Positions 10,209-20,900 of a stretch of 64,000 nucleotides of DNA are shown here, one piece after another; positions within the stretch are counted from its first letter, which is position 1; each line of letters begins with the position of its first letter. The stretch spans positions 226-64,225 of the forward strand of contig CALRPI020000022.1 of NCBI GenBank assembly GCA_943370025.1, written 5' to 3'. Both the position numbers and the translations under genes were made by a program. A model generated the notes under the pieces. That model was not told where the DNA came from and searched no databases. It saw nothing but the letters and a program-made list of their open reading frames with translations. Origin of the DNA: Phormidium lacuna HE10JO (GTDB taxonomy: Bacteria > Cyanobacteriota > Cyanobacteriia > Cyanobacteriales > JAAUUE01).

Positions 10209-10218
10209 TTTATTAAAA

Positions 10219-10256
10219 CTTGAGAGTGGATGGCCACAGCTACCCACTCTCAAACT
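10219..10256. repeat. Related TGAGAGTGG...CCACTCTCA hairpin directly after the asnS stop (possible terminator)
   Basis: cttgagagtggatggccacagctacccactctcaaac lies 11 nt after the asnS stop codon. Confidence 0.6.
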
Positions 10257-10328
10257 TCTATCGTTATTTCTTAAGTAGGGGCGCAAGGCTTTGCGCCCTA
10301 TTACTTTGTGCCCTAGCTATGAGAATAT

Positions 10329-10625
10329 TTACAAAGCGCCCATGTTAGATAGACCAAGAATCACACCAAACCCAAGAATATGCCCGAAAGCGGTAGTAGC
10401 AAGCACAGCAGGCAGACCAAAACCACCAAATAGATTGGGGCTAGGCATAGCAGGACCTTTGCTGTAGTCTTGCATAGTTAGTTTGCCAAAGGCGATCGCT
10501 GCAATATTGCAGGCAATCATAATAATTCCAGTTGTGGGAGTCCAAGAAGCATCAACGGGGGTAGCGATCGCAATTAATAAAGTTGAGTAATTCAATTTAC
10601 TTTCTCCTTGAGTGAAAAAAAACAT
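10329..10625 (-). CDS. psaK: Photosystem I subunit PsaK
   Basis: Two-helix membrane protein with WTPTTGIIMIACNIAAIAFG and FGGFGLPAVLATTAFGHILG, characteristic of PsaK. The true start is probably downstream of the first ATG. Confidence 0.8.
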   Translation of the reverse strand: MFFFTQGESKLNYSTLLIAIATPVDASWTPTTGIIMIACNIAAIAFGKLTMQDYSKGPAMPSPNLFGGFGLPAVLATTAFGHILGFGVILGLSNMGAL

Positions 10626-10812
10626 TTACAAAAAGTTACTCTTCCCTAGGAGGGTGGAGTATTAATTCTAGATATTACTTTAATTTGCTTCTTAAGCAAT
10701 AATTCATAAAATTACTTTACAACTCTAGGTAGTCCTAACAGGTAAGGATTTTAGGGTCAGGATTTCCCTCGCAGTGCGGGAGAAATCCTGACTTCTTGGG
10801 TACTACCCAACG

Positions 10813-11652
10813 TTATTTCCCCCGCTCAGGCAAATCGATACTAATCGGAGTCGGTAGATCAGCTAAATTAGGCAACTCGATTAGCTCCTTTTCTACTTCC
10901 TTGATCTCAATTTCAATGAGTTGTTTGTCTACTTCTTCTTCCTTAATTTCAATTTCAACGAATTGTTTCTCCACTTCCTTGAGATTAATCGGCATTCTCA
11001 AAGGTTCTGGTTCTTCTTCTACCAAGACATTGGGTAGAGTCTTCACCAAATCATCAAGAGGACGAGGAATCACCGTCACGGCATTTAACTCCCAGCCCCG
11101 GCGCAGAGCTTCGGCAATCCCCGCCTCGATCGCCACTGCCACATTGGTCACCGAACCTTGAATAATGGCAGTACACAAACCATCGCCAATGGTTTCATAG
11201 CTAATCAGTTCCACATTGGCAGATTTGAGCATGGCATCCGCTGACCCCACCATCGCTGGGAAGCCTCTAGTTTCCAGAAACCCCAACGCCTGACTACTAT
11301 GGCGTTGATCCCGTTCCCCTTCCATCAGCCGCAGCAGCCGAGAACTAAAGGGGAATATGTATTCCATGTTGGGATGGGGACGGGGCAGCAAAATGGAAGA
11401 GACTAACTGCCCCGATCGCTGTGCCTCTTCTGCCCCAATTTGGATTGCCAAGCGAACTTCTGCCATCTTGCCCCGGACGATCGCACTCACATAGCCACTG
11501 CCAATTTTTTCATAGCCAATCAAGCGCACCCCAGAGGCTTTGAGCATCACATCGGCTGTGTCAATAATTGAGGGGAAACTCCGGGTAGAAATAACTCCCA
11601 AGGCTGTTTCCCACAATGGATCCTTATTTCGCCAATGATCCTGATCCTGCAT
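10813..11652 (-). CDS. ccmO: Carboxysome shell protein with two BMC domains (CcmO-like)
   Basis: 279 aa with two tandem BMC domains (ALGVISTRSFPSIIDTADVMLKASGV and ALGFLETRGFPAMVGSADAMLKSANV) and an acidic repetitive C-terminal tail. Confidence 0.75.
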   Translation of the reverse strand: MQDQDHWRNKDPLWETALGVISTRSFPSIIDTADVMLKASGVRLIGYEKIGSGYVSAIVRGKMAEVRLAIQIGAEEAQRSGQLVSSILLPRPHPNMEYIFPFSSRLLRLMEGERDQRHSSQALGFLETRGFPAMVGSADAMLKSANVELISYETIGDGLCTAIIQGSVTNVAVAIEAGIAEALRRGWELNAVTVIPRPLDDLVKTLPNVLVEEEPEPLRMPINLKEVEKQFVEIEIKEEEVDKQLIEIEIKEVEKELIELPNLADLPTPISIDLPERGK

Positions 11653-11723
11653 AGCCCCATACCTAAAATCTTAGACTTCCTTCTCAATGTACCAAAATTT
11701 GTCGGGTATCAACGGTTGTCTAT

Positions 11724-13295
11724 TTAGGATGCGATCGCCAGTGCCTTCTCCTTGGTTTCTAGGGGAGCTGATAAAGCCTCTTCTAAGGGAGCGCAACCTA
11801 GGCGTTCTTCGAGGATATTCATTACCTCTCGCCCAAAATCATTGGGGTTTCGATGCCAAGCTTGGAGGCACACTTCCCCAAAGAAAGAGCCGAGGGGTTC
11901 TGGGTTCCAGAGGAGCTTTTTGGCAGTCCAAGGCATCAAGCTCATAGGATCATAACCCGGTTGTAAAATTTCCTTTTTCAGGGCGTAATCTTCCAGATGG
12001 GTGTGGGGTTGCAAACCGATAAAGAAAATTGCTGGTTCCACCTTATCTGCCCCAAAGATTCTTTCTAACTCTCGATGGTAGGCGATCGTTTGCCGAATTG
12101 TCCGATGGGTTTCATCAATGACATTAAAGGAATAATTAACCGACACCAAAGAATTAAACCCAGCCGATTTCAGGTCACGGCAGTTTTCTAGTACCACCCG
12201 CAGATTGTAGCCCATCCGCATCTTACGGACTAGCTCCTGAGAGCCGCTAGTAATACCAATCTCAAAATAGTTCATCCCCGTTTGCACCATCAGATCGCAC
12301 AATTGAGGGGTGAGGTTGTCTGCCCGGATGTAGGCAGCCCAATGAATATCCTTCATGCCCGCCGCAATGATTTTTTGGAGGAGTTCTACGGCATCATCAA
12401 TAAATTTCCGAGCGGGAATAAATTGGGCATCCGTAAACCAAAAGTTGCGAACTCCGCGATCGTACAATTGACGCATCTCCGCCACCACCTCATCTGCCGG
12501 ATTAATCCGTACCTGTTTGCCTTCCACTACGGTATATACGCAATAGCAGCAATTATGGGGGCAGCCCCGCTTCGTTTGCACCCCCAGATAAAAATCCTGA
12601 TCTTGCAGATAGTAAGAAAAATCTGTCCAAATACTCTCGATATAATCGTAATTGCAAGCACTTTTTTCTAAAGGCGTAGGCTGTTCATGAATCATTCGCT
12701 CTCTGGGCTTGGTTTCCCCCACCACATAACAGCGTTCGCTACTAATATCTTCGCCGCGCAAAAGTTTTTCTAACAGGGTTTCCCCCTCCCCCACCGAGAG
12801 AATTGAACCGAAGGGAAGCTTGTTCTGCATTTGTTCATAAAATACACTCACCGCTCCGCCCCCAACCACCACCCGTGCTTGGGGCTGGTAGCGTTTGGCT
12901 CGCTGTAGTCCACGATCGATCAATCCCCGGTTGCGCCATAATTCATTGTAGTAAGACAGAGCTAAACGTAAGCCCCCGATCGCTCCCCGTAATTTCAGTA
13001 AGGGATTCAAAGCATAATAAAATTCAAAGGCATTTTGCAGCGGATTGCCCCCTCGTCCCCCCACAGGGGCATAGATCTGGATATCGCGCCAAGAAAACAC
13101 CAACAGAGTCGGCTGAAATTCATCCACACAGGCATCTAGGGCAGTATTGAAATCTAGGGGGGGAATAGTCCCCAGATCAAAAATTCTTTGCTCGATTTCT
13201 GGGAATAATTTATGGACATGATCAGATAGATAAACTACACCGATCGGGAAGATGGGGTTACAAGGGAGGCGAACATAAAGAATTTTTTCTGGCAT
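11724..13295 (-). CDS. B12-binding-domain radical SAM protein (conserved cyanobacterial family)
   Basis: 523 aa. N-terminus LYVRLPCNPIFPIGVVYLSDH and the CxxxCxxC cluster in KRGCPHNCCYCVY. It may be the family annotated as the PSII high-light acclimation radical SAM protein; that assignment is from memory and unverified. Confidence 0.8.
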   Translation of the reverse strand: MPEKILYVRLPCNPIFPIGVVYLSDHVHKLFPEIEQRIFDLGTIPPLDFNTALDACVDEFQPTLLVFSWRDIQIYAPVGGRGGNPLQNAFEFYYALNPLLKLRGAIGGLRLALSYYNELWRNRGLIDRGLQRAKRYQPQARVVVGGGAVSVFYEQMQNKLPFGSILSVGEGETLLEKLLRGEDISSERCYVVGETKPRERMIHEQPTPLEKSACNYDYIESIWTDFSYYLQDQDFYLGVQTKRGCPHNCCYCVYTVVEGKQVRINPADEVVAEMRQLYDRGVRNFWFTDAQFIPARKFIDDAVELLQKIIAAGMKDIHWAAYIRADNLTPQLCDLMVQTGMNYFEIGITSGSQELVRKMRMGYNLRVVLENCRDLKSAGFNSLVSVNYSFNVIDETHRTIRQTIAYHRELERIFGADKVEPAIFFIGLQPHTHLEDYALKKEILQPGYDPMSLMPWTAKKLLWNPEPLGSFFGEVCLQAWHRNPNDFGREVMNILEERLGCAPLEEALSAPLETKEKALAIAS

Positions 13296-13655
13296 GAAGA
13301 TAATATTTTAATTGAGTTTCTTTGATATTCTTAATGGTTTTAATATTGATTTTTGTTGTTATTTACTCTTCTTTTGTTATTAATTAAATCTTGATTTCCC
13401 ACAATCTTGATTTTCAATAAAAACCTCCAGAGTTTGAAGTAATGGTTCAAGTTTAATTGCTTTGATTAAATTTCTGCCAGCTACTGCATACCTGTAATGC
13501 AAAAACCGAGTTTACATACCTTAACTGTAACAAAATATTTAGGTTCTCTCAACTAAGAAACAAATTTTTTTGAGAAATCTCAGATAAAAATATCGAGCAC
13601 CTAGACTGCAAAAGTTATTAACCCCTTTTGTGATCGCCGTCACCAATCAGGTTAT

Positions 13656-14311
13656 GTTGTGAGAATCCTTGCAGAGCGAAGGTTTTCACAACACAACTCA
13701 TCTCAACGCTCTCGGTGATTGCTATAGCTAAGAGAAATTGGCTAAACCCTCAGTTTTATCAATGAATATCCTTAACCTTCTCGATCATGAATCTCTGTCT
13801 TGGAGCTAGACCATAACATGATCCCAAAGATTGGAAATAATCATTGCCAAGATTAAATCTATTGTCCCTATGGCTTTTTGGCTTTGCTAGAGCAGTCCTA
13901 ACGGGGTTGAAAACAGCGCACTCTTCAGGTGCGTTGTTTTACAAACCCCTAAAGTTCATCAACGATTTAGGATTGCCATAGCAGGCAATTCACACCCTGA
14001 AGAAATATTCATCCAATATCTATAGCCATCCTATTTGAGTTTAGAATGGCGCACCCGAAGGGTGCGCCATTCTAAACCATTTACACATTTACAGTTGGCA
14101 AATCAATTAGGATCGCTATATAGCCATTCTAAATGGGTTGAGAACGTCTTCCCCTCCGGGGGAGCTGTTCTCAACCCTCTAAAATTCTAACCTTAATTAG
14201 GATCGCGCTATATCTGGCACTAGCAACCCCAGATATTTTCCCTTGCTAAAGTTAAGAGAAATTGTTTGCTGGAAGCAATTTGATCCCGTGGAGAATTTAG
14301 GATTGTCATAG
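13656..14311. repeat. Cluster of REP/BIME-like units: variable GTTGAGAAC...GTTCTCAAC-type hairpins alternating with a constant (A)TTAGGATYGCYATA motif
   Basis: Hairpins at 13656-13692, 13903-13949, 14041-14075 and 14135-14177. Constant motif at about 13714, 13965, 14105, 14195 and 14295. Confidence 0.75.
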
Positions 14312-14419
14312 ATTAAATATTTTAGAGGGATTGGTATTAAGGTTTACAGCTAAGGAAGATTACTAGTGTTAGGTTAAATTAAGTTAAGACAAAAATACAT
14401 TTTAATTCAACTTAAAGCC

Positions 14420-14710
14420 ATGGCTCAAATTCTTGATCCCCTGCCACCGGACAATAGTGATCACCTAGTTTGTTTCTACGTCAACGCAACTAGTCAAATT
14501 CAGATTGCTCGGATTACTAATGTTCCTAACTGGTATTTTGAACGAGTGGTTTTTCCCGGACAAAGATTAGTATTTGAGGCTCCTAGGGAGGGGCAACTAG
14601 AAATTAATACAGGTATGATGGCTAGTTCTATTCTCTCTGATACTCTTTCCTGCGAGAGTTTGGCTATGGTGGAAGCAAATGTTGCGGAAGTTACCCCAAC
14701 TGCTATTTAA
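14420..14710 (+). CDS. DUF1830-family cyanobacterial protein
   Basis: 96 aa. CFYVNATSQIQIARITNVPNWYFERVVFPGQRLVFEAP matches my recollection of the DUF1830 signature. Confidence 0.65.
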   Translation: MAQILDPLPPDNSDHLVCFYVNATSQIQIARITNVPNWYFERVVFPGQRLVFEAPREGQLEINTGMMASSILSDTLSCESLAMVEANVAEVTPTAI

Positions 14711-14880
14711 CCCTATTTCGAGGGTATCTCAAAAGTTGCAAAAAAATCTAAACCGCAAATTGTTTATCAAGATAATCCCAAATTAAAGAAATGGTTTCAC
14801 CGTTTTCTTGATTTAAGTCTTTACACAGTAAGGTGTTCAAAATTTTATTTGTATTAAACATTTTGCAAAATCGTATTAGA

Positions 14881-14921
14881 TAATTGAGAACGGCGCACCA
14901 TTTGGGTGCGCCGTTCTCAAT
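14881..14921. repeat. Hairpin of the same family (attgagaacggcgcacc...ggtgcgccgttctcaat)
   Basis: Near-perfect 17-bp stem. The sequence is related to the hairpin at 14041-14075. Confidence 0.7.
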
Positions 14922-14995
14922 TCATGCCAAATCAAAAAAAGGTAAAACTTTTTTTGATTTAATTCCTTACGTAGCAAGCTGTTTCGTAAGTTACA

Positions 14996-15099
14996 GGTTA
15001 CAGCAGTTTGAGAGTGGGCTTCGACTCCGCTCAGCCCACTCTCAAACCTAACATTGACAGAACTTTCAACTTTTGTGGCATGTCTCATTTGAACGCAAA
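14996..15099 (+). repeat. About 100-bp repeat (CAGCAGTTTGAGAGTGGG hairpin plus a conserved tail), copy 1
   Basis: Aligns over its length to the reverse complement of 58969-59062. The hairpin loop carries the CTTCGACTCCGCTCAG motif. Confidence 0.75.
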
Positions 15100-15129
15100 G
15101 TGCTGTAAGTCACAGGTTATGAAACAAGA

Positions 15130-16872
15130 CTAGCTAAACTGCTGGGCGTAGTATCTGGCATACCTGCCCTCTCGATCGAGAAGTTCCTCATGGGTTCCTG
15201 ATTCCACAATCTGCCCCTGCTCCACCACCAGAATTCTCGTAGCCCGGCGGACGGTGGCGAGACGATGGGCAATGATGAATACCGTCCGATCGCGCATCAC
15301 CCGTTCTAGTGCTTCTTGGACTAAAGCCTCAGACTCTGAATCTAGGGCAGAGGTGGCTTCATCTAGGACTAAGATGCGGGGATTGTGGAGGATGGCACGG
15401 GCGATCGCAATTCGTTGTTTTTGTCCCCCAGAAAGATTCACCCCCCGCTCTCCGACCCATGTTTGATAGCCTTGGGTAAACTGACTGATAAATTGGTGGG
15501 CATTGGCGATTTTTGCCGCCGCTTCCACTTCTGAGAGATTAAATTGGGCTTGACCAAAGGCAATATTTTGGGCGATCGTCCCCGAAAACAAGGTGGTTTC
15601 CTGCGGGACAATGCCCATCTGACGGCGCAAACTCTTCAGGGTGACATCTTGAATATCCATGCCATCGATCAATACCGATCCTGACTGGGGATCGTAGAAG
15701 CGGAAGAGCAGATTCACTAGGGTAGTTTTCCCTGCCCCCGATGCGCCCACTAGGGCAATCACTTCCCCCGGCAGGACTAATAAATCTAAACCCTTGAGGA
15801 CTGGTTTCCCAGACTCGTAGGCAAAACTCACCTGCTGGTATTCAACTTTCCCAGTCACCGTTGGTAATACTTTAGCATTGGGTTTTTCGGTCACTGTGGG
15901 GTGAATTGCCAGTAGCTCAAAGATGCGATCGACCGATGCCTCTACCTGTTTAATTTCGTTGTAATTAATCGTCAGATGGCTAATGGGATCAATCAAAAAA
16001 CCCACTCCAGCGATGTAGCTCATAAACTCCGTCGGGGTCAGGTTCTTGTTGGCAATCTGCCAAGCTCCAAGAAATAACAAAAACAGGATCGATAGGGCAT
16101 AGAGAAAGCCAATCACCGGAAACTGGATCGCCTTTAGGTATTCCGCCGCATACCTAGATTGTCGATTTGCCTCCGCCTCGACCCGGAACCGCTCGATTTC
16201 GTAATCCTCTGCCGCAAAAGCTTGGACTAATCTAATTCCGCTAAAGACCTCGTTCAGTAGGGAAGAAATATTAGAAACTCCCGTTTGGCTACGGCGGGAA
16301 AATTTCAATAGCTGTTCCCCAAACCAACCGATCAGAAAAGCCATCAGGGGGGCAACGATCAACGTAGCAAAGGTCAATTGCCAATTGAGATAGATCATGT
16401 AGCCCAAAACGACAATCAACTGCAACACGCAGGGAGTAAAGTCATGGAAGATTTTATTCACTACCTCGCCAATGCGATCGATATCTTCCGTGAGGCGATA
16501 GGTCAAATCCCCCGTTTGGGCAGTTTCAAAATAGCTTAAATTTAGGCGTTGTAGATGAGCATAGACTTTCTGGCGTAAATCCAAAGTAATTGCCAAGGAG
16601 GCTCTTGCCATCAAAGAATCCTGCCCGTACTGCATGATTTTTTGCAATAGGAACATCAGGGCAGTTAAACCCGCTGCCTCAGCTAGTCCTTGGAGATTTC
16701 CATTCCCAATATAGCCCCCCAGAGTCCCCACCAACTTCATTAAAATAGGCCAAAAAACCGTAAACCCGATCGTACAGGCAAAAGCTTGGAGAATTACGGC
16801 AGTTTGGGGGCGGAGGTAGGGGAGGAGCAGCCAGTAGCTGGCACGGGCTTTGGTTTGATGCGGGCTATTCAA
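15130..16872 (-). CDS. ABC exporter, fused permease/ATPase (MsbA/MdlB-like)
   Basis: 580 aa. Six-TM domain, Walker A GASGAGKTT, signature LSGGQKQR and Walker B ILVLDEATS. Confidence 0.9.
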   Translation of the reverse strand: MNSPHQTKARASYWLLLPYLRPQTAVILQAFACTIGFTVFWPILMKLVGTLGGYIGNGNLQGLAEAAGLTALMFLLQKIMQYGQDSLMARASLAITLDLRQKVYAHLQRLNLSYFETAQTGDLTYRLTEDIDRIGEVVNKIFHDFTPCVLQLIVVLGYMIYLNWQLTFATLIVAPLMAFLIGWFGEQLLKFSRRSQTGVSNISSLLNEVFSGIRLVQAFAAEDYEIERFRVEAEANRQSRYAAEYLKAIQFPVIGFLYALSILFLLFLGAWQIANKNLTPTEFMSYIAGVGFLIDPISHLTINYNEIKQVEASVDRIFELLAIHPTVTEKPNAKVLPTVTGKVEYQQVSFAYESGKPVLKGLDLLVLPGEVIALVGASGAGKTTLVNLLFRFYDPQSGSVLIDGMDIQDVTLKSLRRQMGIVPQETTLFSGTIAQNIAFGQAQFNLSEVEAAAKIANAHQFISQFTQGYQTWVGERGVNLSGGQKQRIAIARAILHNPRILVLDEATSALDSESEALVQEALERVMRDRTVFIIAHRLATVRRATRILVVEQGQIVESGTHEELLDREGRYARYYAQQFS

Positions 16873-17011
16873 GCGATCGTTTTCCTTAGGTAGTGGGTGA
16901 TTAACTAGATATATTATCCTGAGTGCTGGTGATTAGTATCTATAATTGATATTTATAGTCAAGTTAGCTATTCAGGTTAATAATTGGGATCGCGCAAGGA
17001 GAGAACTGGGC

Positions 17012-17698
17012 ATGTCAGGGAAAATATTATTGGTGGATGATGAGCCGGGATTGCGGCAGGCAGTACAGGAATACCTACAGGAGAGTGGCTTTGGGGTGAC
17101 AGTGGCGGGGAATGCCACTGATGCTTGGGGGCTATTGCAGCAGGAAACTCCAGATTTGATCATCTCTGATATCATGATGCCCCAAGTAGATGGCTATGAG
17201 TTTCTCAAGCAACTCCGGGGAGATAGCCGGTTTAGTAGTCTGCCCGTGGTGTTTCTGACGGCGCGGGGGATGACTAGCGATCGCATCTTGGGCTACCAAG
17301 CTGGGTGTGATGCTTACCTTGCCAAGCCCTTTGACCCCGATGAACTGGTGGCACTGGTGGAAAATTTGCTCGATCGACGGATTGCCGTCACCGCCACCAA
17401 AGATAGCAATGAACAACTAGAAGATATTGCCAAACAAATTGCCGAAATTCGTAGCCTCCTCAACCAAAAGGGCGGCATTGTCACCACCCCCAGCCCGATC
17501 CGCATCGACCTCACCCCTAGGGAGCAGAGTGTTCTAGATTTAGTAACTCAAGGTCTGATGAATAAGGAAATTGCCCGCCAGCTAGAAACCAGTGTCCGCA
17601 ATGTAGAAAAATACGTCTCCCGCTTATTTGGCAAAACTGGCACCAATAGCCGCACCGAGTTAGTCCGCTACGCCCTAGAGCATGGTTTAACTAATTAA
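17012..17698 (+). CDS. NarL/LuxR-family response regulator
   Basis: Receiver domain (ILLVDDEPGL, DLIISDIMMPQVDG) plus a C-terminal LuxR helix-turn-helix (LTPREQSVLDLVTQGLMNKEIARQL). The ATG at 17012 is preferred over the upstream TTG at 16946. Confidence 0.9.
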   Translation: MSGKILLVDDEPGLRQAVQEYLQESGFGVTVAGNATDAWGLLQQETPDLIISDIMMPQVDGYEFLKQLRGDSRFSSLPVVFLTARGMTSDRILGYQAGCDAYLAKPFDPDELVALVENLLDRRIAVTATKDSNEQLEDIAKQIAEIRSLLNQKGGIVTTPSPIRIDLTPREQSVLDLVTQGLMNKEIARQLETSVRNVEKYVSRLFGKTGTNSRTELVRYALEHGLTN

Positions 17699-17750
17699 CG
17701 TTAGTTCGGTTTAAGCAAAAGCCTTGACCCTAAGCCTAGAGACGTTCCCT

Positions 17751-17862
17751 GAGCGGAGTCGAAGGGAACATTTCCGCTACAAATGAAGATAAGCCATCGA
17801 AGATTTGTAGTGGGTTTTGGCTACTTCGGCTTCGCTCAGTATAAATTCGACTCCGCTCAGCC
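17751..17862. repeat. Three copies of the CTTCGRCTYCGCTCAG motif, one of them inverted
   Basis: gagcggagtcgaag (17751), cttcggcttcgctcag (17823) and ttcgactccgctcag (17847). The same motif occurs at 15019, 32627 and 55421-55470. Confidence 0.7.
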
Positions 17863-17980
17863 AGCAATACCAGCAATAATAGTTATAGTTTTCATAAAAT
17901 GGTATTAGGAGGATTTCTTATCCCGAACTCACGTTAACTAACACGTCAGTTCAGCGACCTTACCCTTCTCCTAATTCGCA

Positions 17981-20900
17981 TTACCAAGGGTTGCCGATCA
18001 TGGTGAAGGCGCTCCAGTAATAAGGATGGGTTAAGCGTCGATCGCCCAGCTTTCTCAACTCGTCATTCAGGGCAAAGTTGCCCTTGGGGGTGACTAAGCT
18101 GCCGCCTTCTAGGCGCACTTCTCCCCGGAGCATTGCCAGTTGTGCCTGCCGTAGTGCTTCAGATTTGGTTGTGGTGGTTTGTAGTTGTTGATAAAACTCT
18201 GCCATCAAGCCCATAGTGCCTTCATCGCTGACTTGCCAGAGACTAGCTAGGGCAGACCGGACTCCAGAGGTGACGGCTAATCCGGCAAAACCTAGCTCGG
18301 CATCTGTATTACCTAGGGCGGTTTCGCAGGCGCTGAGGACTAAGAGGTCTACGGGAGGAGTGCCAAAACCTGTGGAGCGGATTTGCTCTAGGGTGAGTCT
18401 TTCGGTTCCCCAGAGTTGGATGTAGGAGTTGACCTTATCTCCGTAGAAGGAACCGTGGGTGGCGAGATGGACTATTCTCTGGTTTGGACTGCGGTTCTGG
18501 CGGAGATTACTCAGGGTGAAGTTTTCGTTGAGGAAAATATTTCCGCCCCGGATTTGGTTGATGGCTTTGAGTTCTACGGGAACTCCGGGTAGAGGTGGAA
18601 GATTGTCAACCACAAAGCGATCGGCTCCCATTGCCATTACTTGTGAATCTTTGAGGGAACTATAGGTGGTATCGGTCAGGGTCAATGAGGGCATCAAAGC
18701 AACGCTGTAGTCTTCGATGATGAATCGATTATCTTTGCTCTGCATGGCGGCGATCGGCATTGACCTTAATCCTCTATCCATAAGAAAGACTAGGTTATCA
18801 ATTTTTAGTCTTTTCAGGTCTTCTTCAAGAGGAGCAACAATCAGGTCATACATCCGCCTAGAGCCACGGCCATACACGCTCCTCCGGGCAACGCCTCTGG
18901 TAAGTTCCCCAGCACTTTCGAGAACTTCGGGGCGGGTTAATGCGTTATACCGAACTCTTACTAGGTCGCCAGTGGGGGGGACAAGGACAATTTCTAGGGT
19001 ATCGGTATTGCTGGGATTGCGGAAGAGTTGACTCCGGGCGGAACTGACGGAGCGGTTATTGGCAGCAGTGTCGTTGGCGGGGGAGAAGAAGACGTAGATG
19101 AGGGCTGGTTTGACGTTGGTTTGTCTGGTGATCCGGTTGAGGATGTCTTGTGCCTGATTGACATCGAGGGTGGCGACTTCATCGGCAAGTCCAGTGAAGG
19201 CTTGAAATTCTTCTTTGAAGGGGTCGTCTAGGAGGCGGATTCTGTCATTGAGGTTGATGACGGGGATTCTGTCGATGATGGGGATATTTGAGTTGGCAGT
19301 GGCTAGGGAAATGGGGGATTGTACGCCGGGGGAGGTGGCATCAAGGATTGGTCGATCGAGCACTAGAGCCACGGGAGCGGGTGGTGGCAATGGGAGTAAT
19401 GATAGTTGTTGGGGAGTTGGGATTATTACGGTCGGGACTACAGGAGGGGCTACAACTACTGTTGGTGGTGGAGGGGTTGGGGGAGTAGAAATAAATGAGG
19501 AAAGTGGTGTGGTTTCAGGGATGAGGATTGGGGGTGGTGTCCCAACAACTATAGGGTCTGGGGTTTGGGGTGGAGTTGGGTTAATTAGTAGAGAAACCAG
19601 TCCGGAAGACAAGGAAGAGGATGGGGCTGTGGAGGAGATAGAGGGAGTCGGGAGCGGAGTAGGAGAGATAGAGGGAGTCGGGAGCGGAGTAGGAGTGGGG
19701 ACTGTGGTTCTGATGGTGATGTTTGTGCCGTAGGGGTTGATGGCGGGGGGGACGGGAACAATGAGGTTATTGATGGTGTTAGTTCCAGTACCAGAGGTAA
19801 TAGCTGCCCTTGTGCCATTATTGGTGGCGTTGCCAACTAGAAAAGGAACATTAGTGCTACCACCATGAGTGATATCAATTGAGCCACCCCCTAAACCCCC
19901 TTGAGTAGAGATACTAGGTCTACTACCATCTCTTGATACTAAGAAGCTAGTATATATTCCTGGAGCAAGAAGAAATAAGTTACCTGCATTGATAGTTATA
20001 TTACCTCCATAGCCACCACTACCTACGCTTTCACTATAAATGCGATCAGTAGATAAATTACCCTGAGATGAGATGTTGATAGACCCACCATTTCCATTAG
20101 AGAAAGAATTAGAAGTAGTGTCACTAGTAATAGATAAATTACCCTGAGATGAGATATTGATAGACCCACCATTTCCATTAGAGAAAGAATTAGAACTAAT
20201 GGCACTAGTAATAGATAAATTACCCTGAGATGAGATGTTGATAGACCCACCATTTCTATCACCGTCAGAAATAATGGAATTAGTAGATAAATTACCTTGA
20301 GATGAGATGTTGAGAGACCCGCCAATTCCAGAAAGAGTCGAAGAAGAATTAATGTAACCAGTAGATAAATTACCCTGAGATGAGATGTTGAGAGACCCAC
20401 CATTTCCAGCAGAGAAAGACCTAGTGTCGTTAATATAAGAATAAGTCCTAATGTCACCAGTAGATAAATTACCCTGAGATGAGATGTTGAGAGACCCACC
20501 ATCTCTTGAGTTACCCCTATTAGCATGAGAATAAGAAATAATATCATTAGTATTGATACTCTGCGCGGTTATAGTAATGACTCCTCCACTTCCAGAATCA
20601 CCAGTTGCAGTAATGCTATTATTTTCGACCGCAGAACTACTGTTAATCTCTCCAGTAGCTCTAAAAATTCCATTATTTGTAGGAGGATTTTGATTAATCA
20701 TAATATTGCCCCCATTTCCTGCATTTCCATTTCCTGCGGAGAGAGAACGACTATCAAGGGCAAAGACAAGCCTTGGGTCAATCTGATTAATAGTTGCTCC
20801 AAGAAGAGTTATATTATTATTTATCGCATCAATATCAATATCAATATCAATATTGCCCCCATTCCCCGCAGTTCCAGATCTAGACCCTGATGTGGTATTA

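Noticed and set aside
10813-11010. Acidic repetitive C-terminal tail of CcmO (EVEKQFVEIEIKEEEVDKQLIEIEIKEVEKELIE) as a novel feature.
   Set aside because: CcmO proteins vary in linker and tail length. Without a comparison set I cannot say the tail is unusual. It is noted only as a low-complexity coding repeat.
13656-14311. Possible CRISPR array, given a recurring motif separated by unique sequence.
   Set aside because: The spacing of the constant motif is irregular (about 90-250 bp). The repeat units are palindromic hairpins with variable centres. No cas genes are present, and isolated units occur elsewhere in the window.
14876-15088. 70-aa minus-strand ORF downstream of the DUF1830 gene.
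   Set aside because: It is composed almost entirely of two repeat elements (the hairpin at 14881-14921 and the ~100-bp repeat at 14996-15099).
19215-19733. 172-aa Gly-rich plus-strand ORF, together with neighbouring small ORFs.
   Set aside because: It is antisense to the Pro/Thr-rich linker of the TPS-CHAT gene (CCN codons read as GGN), which is a compositional artefact.
20023-20547. 174-aa minus-strand ORF with repetitive MVGLSTSHLRVIYLL units.
   Set aside because: It is an out-of-frame reading of the tandem repeats inside the 1642-aa gene. The long frame has clear domain homology on both sides.
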